From NCBI GenBank assembly GCA_964057225.1, contig OZ059894.1:20956001-21020000 (forward strand): a stretch of 64,000 bases of DNA, read 5' to 3'. The notes under the pieces were generated by a model. That model saw nothing but the letters and a program-made list of their open reading frames with translations. It was not told where the DNA came from and did no database searches. Below, piece after piece: positions 51,401 to 64,000 of this stretch. Each line of letters opens with the position of its first letter. Position 1 is the stretch's first letter. The position numbers were made by a program, and so were the translations under genes. This DNA is from Auanema rhodensis (taxonomy: Eukaryota; Animalia; Nematoda).

Positions 51401-54400
51401 AGTTTCCATGTACACTCAACATTGCTTCCAAAAACATTTTGACAAAAATTTTTTCGAAAAATTTCAAAATAATTTAGCAAAAAGTAGATGTTTTTAGATT
51501 CCATTTTTCAAGGCAAAGACGATGGACAATGTTATTCAACGAAAAAATTAATTCTTCAGGGTGAAAATCGAGGATATAAGTGTGAACTTATATCAGTTGA
51601 TATCTCGGTGCATTTTTAAGCTAGCGCAAATCTGATAACACAGATCGACGCAACTTAAAAATCCGCATCGAATGCACTATACTACATTGAGAAACGCTTA
51701 ATACAAAAATTAGTTATGATCGTTTGAAAAATGATGCATTAGTGTATGTTGAGTTTCCATGTACACTCAACATTGCTTCCAAAAACATTTTGACAAAAAT
51801 TTTTTCGAAAAATTTCAAAATAATTTAGCAAAAAGTAGATGTTTTTAGATTCCATTTTTCAAGGCAAAGACGATGGACAATGTTATTCAACGAAAAAATT
51901 AATTCTTCAGGGTGAAAATCGAGGATATAAGTGTGAACTTATATCAGTTGATATCTCGGTGCATTTTTAAGCTAGCGCAAATCTGATAACACAGATCGAC
52001 GCAGCTTAAAAATCCGCATCGAATGCACTATACTACATTGAGAAACGCTTAATACAAAAATTAGTTATGATCGTTTGAAAAATGATGCATTAGTGTATGT
52101 TGAGTTTCCATGTACACTCAACATTGCTTCCAAAAACATTTTGACAAAAATTTTTTCGAAAAATTTCAAAATAATTTAGCAAAAAGTAGATGTTTTTAGA
52201 TTCCATTTTTCAAGGCAAAGACGATGGACAATGTTATTCAACGAAAAAAGTAATTCTTCAGGGTGAAAATCGAGGATATAAGTGTGAACTTATATCAGTT
52301 GATATCTCGGTGCATTTTTAAGCTAGCGCAAATCTGATAACACAGAACGACGCAGCTTAAAAATTCGCATCGAATGCACTATACTACATTGAGAAACGCT
52401 TAATACAAAAATTAGTTATGATCGTTTGAAAAATGATGCATTAGTGTATGTTGAGTTTCCATGTACACTCAACATTGCTTCCAAAAACATTTTGACAAAA
52501 ATTTTTTCGAGAAATTTCAAAATAATTTAGCAAAAAGTAGATGTTTTTAGATTCCTTTTTTCAAGGCAAAGACGATGGACAATGTTATTCAACGAAAAAA
52601 ATAAATCTTCAGGGTGAAAATCGAGGATATAAGTGTGAACTTATATCAGTTGATATCTCGGTGCATTTTTAAGCTAGCGCAAATCTGATAACACAGATCG
52701 ACGCAACTTAAAAATCCGCATCGAATGCACTATACTACATTGAGAAACGCTTAATACAAAAATTAGTTATGATCGTTTGAAAAATGATGCATTAGTGTAT
52801 GTTGAGTTTCCATGTACACTCAACATTGCTTCCAAAAACATTTTGACAAAAATTTTTTCGAAAAATTTCGAAATAATTTAGCAAAAAGTAGATGTATTTA
52901 GATTCCATTTTTCAAGGCAAAGACGATGGACAATGTTATTCAACGAAAAAATTAATTCTTCAGGGTGAAAATCGAGGATATAAGTGTGAACTTATATCAG
53001 TTGATATCTCGGTGCATTTTTAAGCTAGCGCAAATCTGATAACACAGAACGACGCAGCTTAAAAATTCGCATCGAATGCACTATACTACATTGAGAAACG
53101 CTTAATACAAAAATTAGTTATGATCGTTTGAAAAATGATGCATTAGTGTATGTTGAGTTTCCATGTACACTCAACATTGCTTCCAAAAACATTTTGACAA
53201 AAATTTTTTCGAGAAATTTCAAAATAATTTAGCAAAAAGTAGATGTTTTTAGATTCCTTTTTTCAAGGCAAAGACGATGGACAATGTTATTCAACGAAAA
53301 AATTAATTCTTCAGGGTGAAAATCGAGGATATAAGTGTGAACTTATATCAGTTGATATCTCGGTGCATTTTTAAGCTAGCGCAAATCTGATAACACAGAT
53401 CGACGCAACTTAAAAATCCGCATCGAATGCACTATACTACATTGAGAAACGCTTAATACAAAAAGTAGTTATGATCGTTTGAAAAATGATGCATTAGTGT
53501 ATGTTGAGTTTCCATGTACACTCAACATTGCTTCCAAAAACATTTTGACAAAAATTTTTTCGAAAAATTTCAGAATAATTTAGCAAAAAGTAGATGTTTT
53601 TAGATTCCATTTTTCAAGGCAAAGACGATGGACAATGTTATTCAACGAAAAAATTGATTCTTCAGGGTGAAAATCGAGGATATAAGTGTGAACTTATATC
53701 AGTTGATATCTCGGTGCATTTTTAAGCTAGCGCAAATCTGATAACACAGATCGACGCAGCTTAAAAATCCGCATCGAATGCACTATACTACATTGAGAAA
53801 CGCTTAATACAAAAATTAGTTATGATCGTTTGAAAAATGATGCATTAGTGTATGTTGAGTTTCCATGTACACTCAACATTGCTTCCAAAAACATTTTGAC
53901 AAAAATTTTTTCGAAAAATTTCAAAATAATTTAGCAAAAAGTAGATGTTTTTAGATTCCTTTTTTCAAGGCAAAGACGATGGACAATGTTATTCAACGAA
54001 AAAATTAATTCTTCAGGGTGAAAATCGAGGATATAAGTGTGAACTTATATCAGTTGATATCTCGGTGCATTTTTAAGCTAGCGCAAATCTGATAACACAG
54101 ATCGACGCAACTTAAAAATCCGCATCGAATGCACTATACTACATTGAGAAACGCTTAATACAAAAATTAGTTATGATCGTTTGAAAAATGATGCATTAGT
54201 GTATGTTGAGTTTCCATGTACACTCAACATTGCTTCCAAAAACATTTTGACAAAAATTTTTTCGAAAAATTTCAAAATAATTTAGCAAAAAGTAGATGTT
54301 TTTAGATTCCATTTTTCAAGGCAAAGACGATGGACAATGTTATTCAACGAAAAAATTAATTCTTCAGGGTGAAAATCGAGGATATAAGTGTGAACTTATA

Positions 54401-55716
54401 TCAGTTGATATCTCGGTGCATTTTTAAGCTAGCGCAAATCTGATAACACAGATCGACGCAACTTAAAAATCCGCATCGAATGCACTATACTACATTGAGA
54501 AACGCTTAATACAAAAATTAGTTATGATCGTTTGAAAAATGATGCATTAGTGTATGTTGAGTTTCCATGTACACTCAACATTGCTTCCAAAAACATTTTG
54601 ACAAAAATTTTTTCGAAAAATTTCAAAATAATTTAGCAAAAAGTAGATGTTTTTAGATTCCTTTTTTCAAGGCAAAGACGATGGACAATGTTATTCAACG
54701 AAAAAATTAATTCTTCAGGGTGAAAATCGAGGATATAAGTGTGAACTTATATCAGTTGATATCTCGGTGCATTTTTAAGCTAGCGCAAATCTGATAACAC
54801 AGATCGACGCAGCTTAAAAATCCGCATCGAATGCACTATACTACATTGAGAAACGCTTAATACAAAAATTAGTTATGATCGTTTGAAAAATGATGCATTA
54901 GTGTATGTTGAGTTTCCATGTACACTCAACATTGCTTCCAAAAACATTTTGACAAAAATTTTTTCGAAAAATTTCAAAATAATTTAGCAAAAAGTAGATG
55001 TTTTTAGATTCCTTTTTTCAAGGCAAAGACGATGGACAAAGTTATTCAACGAAAAAATTAATTCTTCAGGGTGAAAATCGAGGATATAAGTATAAACTTA
55101 TATCAGTTGATATCTCGGTGCATTTTTAAGCTAGCGCAAATCTGATAACACAGAACGACGCAGCTTAAAAATTCGCATCGAATGCACTATACTACATTGA
55201 GAAACGCTTAATACAAAAATTAGTTATGATCGTTTGAAAAATGATGCATTAGTGTATGTTGAGTTTCCATGTACACTCAACATTGCTTCCAAAAACATTT
55301 TGACAAAAATTTTTTCGAAAAATTTCGAAATAATTTAGCAAAAAGTAGATGTTTTTAGATTCCATTTTTCAAGGCAAAGACGATGGACAATGTTATTCAA
55401 CGAAAAAATTAATTCTTCAGGGTGAAAATCGAGGATATAAGTGTGAACTTATATCAGTTGATATCTCGGTGCATTTTTAAGCTAGCGCAAATCTGATAAC
55501 ACAGAACGACGCAGCTTAAAAATTCGCATCGAATGCACTATACTACATTGAGAAACGCTTAATACAAAAATTAGTTATGATCGTTTGAAAAATGATGCAT
55601 TAGTGTATGTTGAGTTTCCATGTACACTCAACATTGCTTCCAAAAACATTTTGACAAAAATTTTTTCGAAAAATTTCAAAATAATTTAGCAAAAAGTAGA
55701 TGTTTTTAGATTCCTT

Positions 55717-55717
55717 C
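55717..55717 (+). other. 1-bp C insertion within the T6 run making M159 352 bp
   Basis: TTCCTTCTTTTCAAGG vs consensus TTCCTTTTTTCAAGG; the downstream register shifts to +2. Confidence 0.9.
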
Positions 55718-56162
55718 TTTTCAAGGCAAAGACGATAGACAATGTTATTCAACGAAAAAATTAATTCTTCAGGGTGAAAATCGAGGATATAAGTGTGAAC
55801 TTATATCAGTTGATATCTCGGTGCATTTTTAAGCTAGCGCAAATCTGATAACACAGATCGACGCAACTTAAAAATCCGCATCGAATGCACTATACTACAT
55901 TGAGAAACGCTTAATACAAAAATTAGTTATGATCGTTTGAAAAATGATGCATTAGTGTATGTTGAGTTTCCATGTACACTCAACATTGCTTCCAAAAACA
56001 TTTTGACAAAAATTTTTTCGAAAAATTTCAAAATAATTTAGCAAAAAGTAGATGTTTTTAGATTCCATTTTTCAAGGCAAAGACGATGGACAATGTTATT
56101 CAACGAAAAAATTAATTCTTCAGGGTGAAAATCGAGGATATAAGTGTGAACTTATATCAGTT

Positions 56163-58268
56163 GATATCTCGGTGCATTTTTAAGCTAGCGCAAATCTGAT
56201 AACACAGATCGACGCAGCTTAAAAATCCGCATCGAATGCACTATGCTACATTGAGAAACGCTTAATACAAAAATTAGTTATGATCGTTTGAAAAATGATG
56301 CATTAGTGTATGTTGAGTTTCCATGTACACTCAACATTGCTTCCAAAAACATTTTGACAAAAATTTTTTCGAAAAATTTCAAAATAATTTAGCAAAAAGT
56401 AGATGTTTTTAGATTCCTTTTTTCAAGGCAAAGACGATGGACAAAGTTATTCAACGAAAAAATTAATTCTTCAGGGTGAAAATCGAGGATATAAGTGTAA
56501 ACTTATATCAGTTGATATCTCGGTGCATTTTTAAGCTAGCGCAAATCTGATAACACAGAACGACGCAGCTCAAAAATTCGCATCGAATGCACTATACTAC
56601 ATTGAGAAACGCTTAATACAAAAATTAGTTATGATCGTTTGAAAAATGATGCATTAGTGTATGTTGAGTTTCCATGTACACTCAACATTGCTTCCAAAAA
56701 CATTTTGACAAAAATTTTTTCGAAAAATTTCGAAATAATTTAGCAAAAAGTAGATGTTTTTAGATTCCATTTTTCAAGGCAAAGACGATGGACAATGTTA
56801 TTCAACGAAAAAATTAATTCTTCAGGGTGAAAATCGAGGATATAAGTGTGAACTTATATCAGTTGATATCTCGGTGCATTTTTAAGCTAGCGCAAATCTG
56901 ATAACACAGAACGACGCAGCTTAAAAATTCGCATCGAATGCACTATACTACATTGAGAAACGCTTAATACAAAAATTAGTTATGATCGTTTGAAAAATGA
57001 TGCATTAGTGTATGTTGAGTTTCCATGTACACTCAACATTGCTTCCAAAAACATTTTGACAAAAATTTTTTCGAGAAATTTCAAAATAATTTAGCAAAAA
57101 GTAAATGTTTTTAGATTCCTTTTTTCAAGGCAAAGACGATGGACAATGTTATTCAACGAAAAAATTAATTCTTCAGGGTGAAAATCGAGGATATAAGTGT
57201 GAACTTATATCAGTTGATATCTCGGTGCATTTTTAAGCTAGCGCAAATCTGATAACACAGATCGACGCAGCTTAAAAATCCGCATCGAATGCACTATGCT
57301 ACATTGAGAAACGCTTAATACAAAAATTAGTTATGATCGTTTGAAAAATGATGCATTAGTGTATGTTGAGTTTCCATGTACACTCAACATTGCTTCCAAA
57401 AACATTTTGACAAAAATTTTTTCGAAAAATTTCAAAATAATTTAGCAAAAAGTAGATGTTTTTAGATTCCTTTTTTCAAGGCAAAGACGATGGACAAAGT
57501 TATTCAACGAAAAAATTAATTCTTCAGGGTGAAAATCGAGGATATAAGTGTAAACTTATATCAGTTGATATCTCGGTGCATTTTTAAGCTAGCGCAAATC
57601 TGATAACACAGAACGACGCAGCTCAAAAATTCGCATCGAATGCACTATACTACATTGAGAAACGCTTAATACAAAAATTAGTTATGATCGTTTGAAAAAT
57701 GATGCATTAGTGTATGTTGAGTTTCCATGTACACTCAACATTGCTTCCAAAAACATTTTGACAAAAATTTTTTCGAAAAATTTCGAAATAATTTAGCAAA
57801 AAGTAGATGTTTTTAGATTCCATTTTTCAAGGCAAAGACGATGGACAATGTTATTCAACGAAAAAATTAATTCTTCAGGGTGAAAATCGAGGATATAAGT
57901 GTGAACTTATATCAGTTGATATCTCGGTGCATTTTTAAGCTAGCGCAAATCTGATAACACAGAACGACGCAGCTTAAAAATTCGCATCGAATGCACTATA
58001 CTACATTGAGAAACGCTTAATACAAAAATTAGTTATGATCGTTTGAAAAATGATGCATTAGTGTATGTTGAGTTTCCATGTACACTCAACATTGCTTCCA
58101 AAAACATTTTGACAAAAATTTTTTCGAGAAATTTCAAAATAATTTAGCAAAAAGTAAATGTTTTTAGATTCCTTTTTTCAAGGCAAAGACGATGGACAAT
58201 GTTATTCAACGAAAAAATTAATTCTTCAGGGTGAAAATCGAGGATATAAGTGTGAACTTATATCAGTT
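56163..58268 (+). repeat. Apparently exact tandem duplication of a 3-monomer block (1053 bp x2; M161-163 = M164-166)
   Basis: Private SNPs p83G (56245, 57298) and p58C (56571, 57624) each recur 1053 bp apart. Confidence 0.9.
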
Positions 58269-61200
58269 GATATCTCGGTGCATTTTTAAGCTAGCGCAAA
58301 TCTGATAACACAGATCGACGCAACTTAAAAATCCGCATCGAATGCACTATACTACATTGAGAAACGCTTAATACAAAAATTAGTTATGATCGTTTGAAAA
58401 ATGATGCATTAGTGTATGTTGAGTTTCCATGTACACTCAACATTGCTTCCAAAAACATTTTGACAAAAATTTTTTCGAAAAATTTCAAAATAATTTAGCA
58501 AAAAGTAGATGTTTTTAGATTCCATTTTTCAAGGCAAAGACGATGGACAATGTTATTCAACGAAAAAATTGATTCTTCAGGGTGAAAATCGAGGATATAA
58601 GTGTGAACTTATATCAGTTGATATCTCGGTGCATTTTTAAGCTAGCGCAAATCTGATAACACAGATCGACGCAGCTTAAAAATCCGCATCGAATGCACTA
58701 TACTACATTGAGAAACGCTTAATACAAAAATTAGTTATGATCGTTTGAAAAATGATGCATTAGTGTATGTTGAGTTTCCATGTACACTCAACATTGCTTC
58801 CAAAAACATTTTGACAAAAATTTTTTCGAAAAATTTCGAAATAATTTAGCAAAAAGTAGTTGTTTTTAGATTCCTTTTTTCAAGGCAAAGACGATGGACA
58901 ATGTTATTCAACGAAAAAATTAATTCTTCAGGGTGAAAATCGAGGATATAAGTGTGAACTTATATCAGTTGATATCTCGGTGCATTTTTAAGCTAGCGCA
59001 AATCTGATAACACAGATCGACGCAGCTTAACAATCCGCATCGAATGCACTATACTACATTGAAAAACGCTTAATACAAAAATTAGTTATGATCGTTTGAA
59101 AAATGATGCTTTAGTGTATGTTGAGTTTCCATGTACACTCAACATTGCTTCCAAAAACATTTTGACAAAAATTTTTTCGAAAAATTTCAGAATAATTTAG
59201 CAAAAAGTAGATGTTTTTAGATTCCTTTTTTCAAGGCAAAGACGATGGACAAAGTTATTCAACGAAAAAATTAATTCTTCAGGGTGAAAATCGAGGATAT
59301 AAGTGTAAACTTATATCAGTTGATATCTCGGTGCATTTTTAAGCTAGCGCAAATCTGATAACACAGAACGACGCAGCTTAAAAATTCGCATCGAATGCAC
59401 TATACTACATTGAAAAACGCTTAATACAAAAATTAGTTATGATCGTTTGAAAAATGATGCTTTAGTGTATGTTGAGTTTCCATGTACACTCAACATTGCT
59501 TCCAAAAACATTTTGACAAAAATTTTTTCGAAAAATTTCAGAATAATTTAGCAAAAAGTAGATGTTTTTAGATTCCATTTTTCAAGGCAAAGACGATGGA
59601 CAATGTTATTCAACGAAAAAATTAATTCTTCAGGGTGAAAATCGAGGATATAAGTGTGAACTTATATCAGTTGATATCTCGGTGCATTTTTAAGCTAGCG
59701 CAAATCTGATAACACAGAACGACGCAGCTTAAAAATTCGCATCGAATGCACTATACTACATTGAGAAACGCTTAATACAAAAATTAGTTATGATCGTTTG
59801 AAAAATGATGCATTAGTGTATGTTGAGTTTCCATGTACACTCAACATTGCTTCCAAAAACATTTTGACAAAAATTTTTTCGAAAAATTTCAGAATAATTT
59901 AGCAAAAAGTAGATGTTTTTAGATTCCTTTTTTCAAGGCAAAGACGATGGACAAAGTTATTCAACGAAAAAATTAATTCTTCAGGGTGAAAATCGAGGAT
60001 ATAAGTGTAAACTTATATCAGTTGATATCTCGGTGCATTTTTAAGCTAGCGCAAATCTGATAACACAGAACGACGCAGCTTAACAATCCGCATCGAATGC
60101 ACTATACTACATTGAAAAACGCTTAATACAAAAATTAGTTATGATCGTTTGAAAAATGATGCTTTAGTGTATGTTGAGTTTCCATGTACACTCAACATTG
60201 CTTCCAAAAACATTTTGACAAAAATTTTTTCGAAAAATTTCAGAATAATTTAGCAAAAAGTAGATGTTTTTAGATTCCTTTTTTCAAGGCAAAGACGATG
60301 GACAAAGTTATTCAACGAAAAAATTAATTCTTCAGGGTGAAAATCGAGGATATAAGTGTAAACTTATATCAGTTGATATCTCGGTGCATTTTTAAGCTAG
60401 CGCAAATCTGATAACACAGAACGACGCAGCTTAAAAATTCGCATCGAATGCACTATACTACATTGAGAAACGCTTAATACAAAAATTAGTTATGATCGTT
60501 TGAAAAATGATGCATTAGTGTATGTTGAGTTTCCATGTACACTCAACATTGCTTCCAAAAACATTTTGACAAAAATTTTTTCGAGAAATTTCAAAATAAT
60601 TTAGCAAAAAGTAAATGTTTTTAGATTTCTTTTTTCAAGGCAAAGACGATGGACAATGTTATTCAACGAAAAAATTAATTCTTCAGGGTGAAAATCGAGG
60701 ATATAAGTGTGAACTTATATCAGTTGATATCTCGGTGCATTTTTAAGCTAGCGCAAATCTGATAACACAGATCGACGCAACTTAAAAATCCGCATCGAAT
60801 GCACTATACTACATTGAGAAACGCTTAATACAAAAATTAGTTATGATCGTTTGAAAAATGATGCATTAGTGTATGTTGAGTTTCCATGTACACTCAACAT
60901 TGCTTCCAAAAACATTTTGACAAAAATTTTTTCGAAAAATTTCAAAATAATTTAGCGAAAAGTAGATGTTTTTAGATTCCATTTTTCAAGGCAAAGACGA
61001 TGGACAATGTTATTCAACGAAAAAATTGATTCTTCAGGGTGAAAATCGAGGATATAAGTGTGAACTTATATCAGTTGATATCTCGGTGCATTTTTAAGCT
61101 AGCGCAAATCTGATAACACAGAACGACGCAGCTTAAAAATTCGCATCGAATGCACTATACTACATTGAGAAACGCTTAATACAAAAATTAGTTATGATCG

Positions 61201-64000
61201 TTTGAAAAATGATGCATTAGTGTATGTTGAGTTTCTATGTACACTCAACATTGCTTCCAAAAACATTTTGACAAAAATTTTTTCGAAAAATTTCAGAATA
61301 ATTTAGCAAAAAGTAGATGTTTTTAGATTCCATTTTTCAAGGCAAAGACGATGGACAATGTTATTCAACGAAAAAATTAATTCTTCAGGGTGAAAATCGA
61401 GGATATAAGTGTGAACTTATATCAGTTGATATCTCGGTGCATTTTTAAGCTAGCGCAAATCTGATAACACAGAACGACGCAGCTTAAAAATTCGCATCGA
61501 ATGCACTATACTACATTGAGAAACGCTTAATACAAAAATTAGTTATGATCGTTTGAAAAATGATGCATTAGTGTATGTTGAGTTTCCATGTACACTCAAC
61601 ATTGCTTCCAAAAACATTTTGACAAAAATTTTTTCGAAAAATTTCAGAATAATTTAGCAAAAAGTAGATGTTTTTAGATTCCTTTTTTCAAGGCAAAGAC
61701 GATGGACAAAGTTATTCAACGAAAAAATTAATTCTTCAGGGTGAAAATCGAGGATATAAGTGTAAACTTATATCAGTTGATATCTCGGTGCATTTTTAAG
61801 CTAGCGCAAATCTGATAACACAGAACGACGCAGCTTAACAATCCGCATCGAATGCACTATACTACATTGAAAAACGCTTAATACAAAAATTAGTTATGAT
61901 CGTTTGAAAAATGATGCTTTAGTGTATGTTGAGTTTCCATGTACACTCAACATTGCTTCCAAAAACATTTTGACAAAAATTTTTTCGAAAAATTTCAGAA
62001 TAATTTAGCAAAAAGTAGATGTTTTTAGATTCCTTTTTTCAAGGCAAAGACGATGGACAAAGTTATTCAACGAAAAAATTAATTCTTCAGGGTGAAAATC
62101 GAGGATATAAGTGTAAACTTATATCAGTTGATATCTCGGTGCATTTTTAAGCTAGCGCAAATCTGATAACACAGAACGACGCAGCTTAAAAATTCGCATC
62201 GAATGCACTATACTACATTGAGAAACGCTTAATACAAAAATTAGTTATGATCGTTTGAAAAATGATGCATTAGTGTATGTTGAGTTTCCATGTACACTCA
62301 ACATTGCTTCCAAAAACATTTTGACAAAAATTTTTTCGAAAAATTTCAAAATAATTTAGCGAAAAGTAGATGTTTTTAGATTCCATTTTTCAAGGCAAAG
62401 ACGATGGACAATGTTATTCAACGAAAAAATTGATTCTTCAGGGTGAAAATCGAGGATATAAGTGTGAACTTATATCAGTTGATATCTCGGTGCATTTTTA
62501 AGCTAGCGCAAATCTGATAACACAGATCGACGCAGCTTAAAAATCCGCATCGAATGCACTATACTACATTAAGAAACGCTTAATACAAAAATTAGTTATG
62601 ATCGTTTGAAAAATGATGCATTAGTGTATGTTGAGTTTCCATGTACACTCAACATTGCTTCCAAAAACATTTTGACAAAAATTTTTTCGAAAAATTTCGA
62701 AATAATTTAGCAAAAAGTAGATGTTTTTAGATTCCATTTTTCAAGGCAAAGACGATGGACAATGTTATTCAACGAAAAAATTAATTCTTCAGGGTGAAAA
62801 TCGAGGATATAAGTGTGAACTTATATCAGTTGATATCTCGGTGCATTTTTAAGCTAGCGCAAATCTGATAACACAGAACGACGCAGCTTAAAAATCCGCA
62901 TCGAATGCACTATACTACATTGAGAAACGCTTAATACAAAAATTAGTTATGATCGTTTGAAAAATGATGCATTAGTGTATGTTGAGTTTCCATGTACACT
63001 CAACATTGCTTCCAAAAACATTTTGACAAAAATTTTTTCGAGAAATTTCGAAATAATTTAGCAAAAAGTAGATGTTTTTAGATTCCTTTTTTCAAGGCAA
63101 AGACGATGGACAATGTTATTCAACGAAAAAATTAATTCTTCAGGGTGAAAATCGAGGATATAAGTGTGAACTTATATCAGTTGATATCTCGGTGCATTTT
63201 TAAGCTAGCGCAAATCTGATAACACAGATCGACGCAGCTTAAAAATCCGCATCGAATGCACTATACTACCTTGAGAAACGCTTAATACAAAAATTAGTTA
63301 TGATCGTTTGAAAAATGATGCATTAGTGTATGTTGAGTTTCCATGTACACTCAACATTGCTTCCAAAAACATTTTGACAAAAATTTTTTCGAAAAATTTC
63401 AAAATAATTTAGCAAAAAGTAGATGTTTTTAGATTCCTTTTTTCAAGGCAAAGACGATGGACAATGTTATTCAACATAAAAATTAATTCTTCAGGGTGAA
63501 AATCGAGGATATAAGTGTGAACTTATATCAGTTGATATCTCGGTGCATTTTTAAGCTAGCGCAAATCTGATAACACAGAACGACGCAGCTTAAAAATCCG
63601 CATCGAATGCACTATACTACATTGAGAAACGCTTAATACAAAAATTAGTTATGATCGTTTGAAAAATGATGCATTAGTGTATGTTGAGTTTCCATGTACA
63701 CTCAACATTACTTCCAAAAACATTTTGACAAAAATTTTTTCGAGAAATTTCAAAATAATTTAGCAAAAAGTAGATGTTTTTAGATTTCTTTTTTCAAGGC
63801 AAAGACGATGGACAATGTTATTCAACGAAAAAATTAATTCTTCAGGGTGAAAATCGAGGATATAAGTGTGAACTTATATCAGTTGATATCTCGGTGCATT
63901 TTTAAGCTAGCGCAAATCTGATAACACAGATCGACGCAGCTTAAAAATCCGCATCGAATGCACTATACTACATTGAGAAACGCTTAATACAAAAATTAGT

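Larger units (their letters stand above)
1..64000. repeat. Tandem satellite DNA array, 351-bp AT-rich monomer, about 182.3 head-to-tail copies, truncated by both window edges
   Basis: GATATCTCGG (or a 1-nt variant) recurs at 1, 352, 703, 1054 ... 7021 (20x351+1) and 14041 (40x351+1). It then recurs at 21062, 28082, 35102, 42122 and 49142 (+1 shift), and at 56163 and 63183 (+2 shift). I saw no unique sequence between copies. Confidence 0.99.
19658..64000 (+). repeat. Array domain II (M57-M183), defined by domain-restricted SNPs
   Basis: Variants p61C+p93A+p140T, p220G, p240A, p245A, p301G and p303G were seen only here. Confidence 0.8.

Noticed and set aside
1-64000. CRISPR array (regularly spaced palindromic repeats)
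   Set aside because: There are no unique spacers. The sequence between hairpins is as conserved as the hairpins, the period is 351 bp, and there are no cas genes.
1-64000. SNP pattern as an information-bearing code or programmed diversification cassette system
   Set aside because: The pattern is adequately explained by duplication, deletion and conversion of neutral variants. No coding frame, recombinase or expression site is present.

Overview
The whole 64 kb window is one uninterrupted head-to-tail satellite DNA array. It holds about 182.3 copies of a 351-bp monomer (about 31% GC by hand count), all in the same orientation. Copies differ from the consensus at roughly 0-8 positions, and I found only two 1-bp insertions. 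I found no genes, RNA genes, transposon insertions, inversions or CRISPR spacers, and the monomer has stop codons in all six frames. It looks like eukaryotic heterochromatic or (peri)centromeric satellite, probably from a host with little CpG methylation, but I cannot name the family or species. Three things are notable. (1) The monomer is rich in dyad symmetry and appears to be an old structural dimer, with a short 9-bp-stem hairpin followed by a ~66-nt imperfect hairpin twice per monomer, about 175 bp apart. (2) SNP haplotypes reveal nested duplications of 2, 3 and 7 monomers, blocks recurring about 10 monomers apart, and a hidden ~21-22 kb super-duplication. (3) Some monomers are chimeric, consistent with unequal crossover or gene conversion. 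I see no evidence for a new gene-encoded system. Notation: monomers M1-M183 each start at GATATC (M1=1, M57=19658, M160=55812), and pN is the position within the monomer. All SNP calls were read by eye and need computational confirmation.
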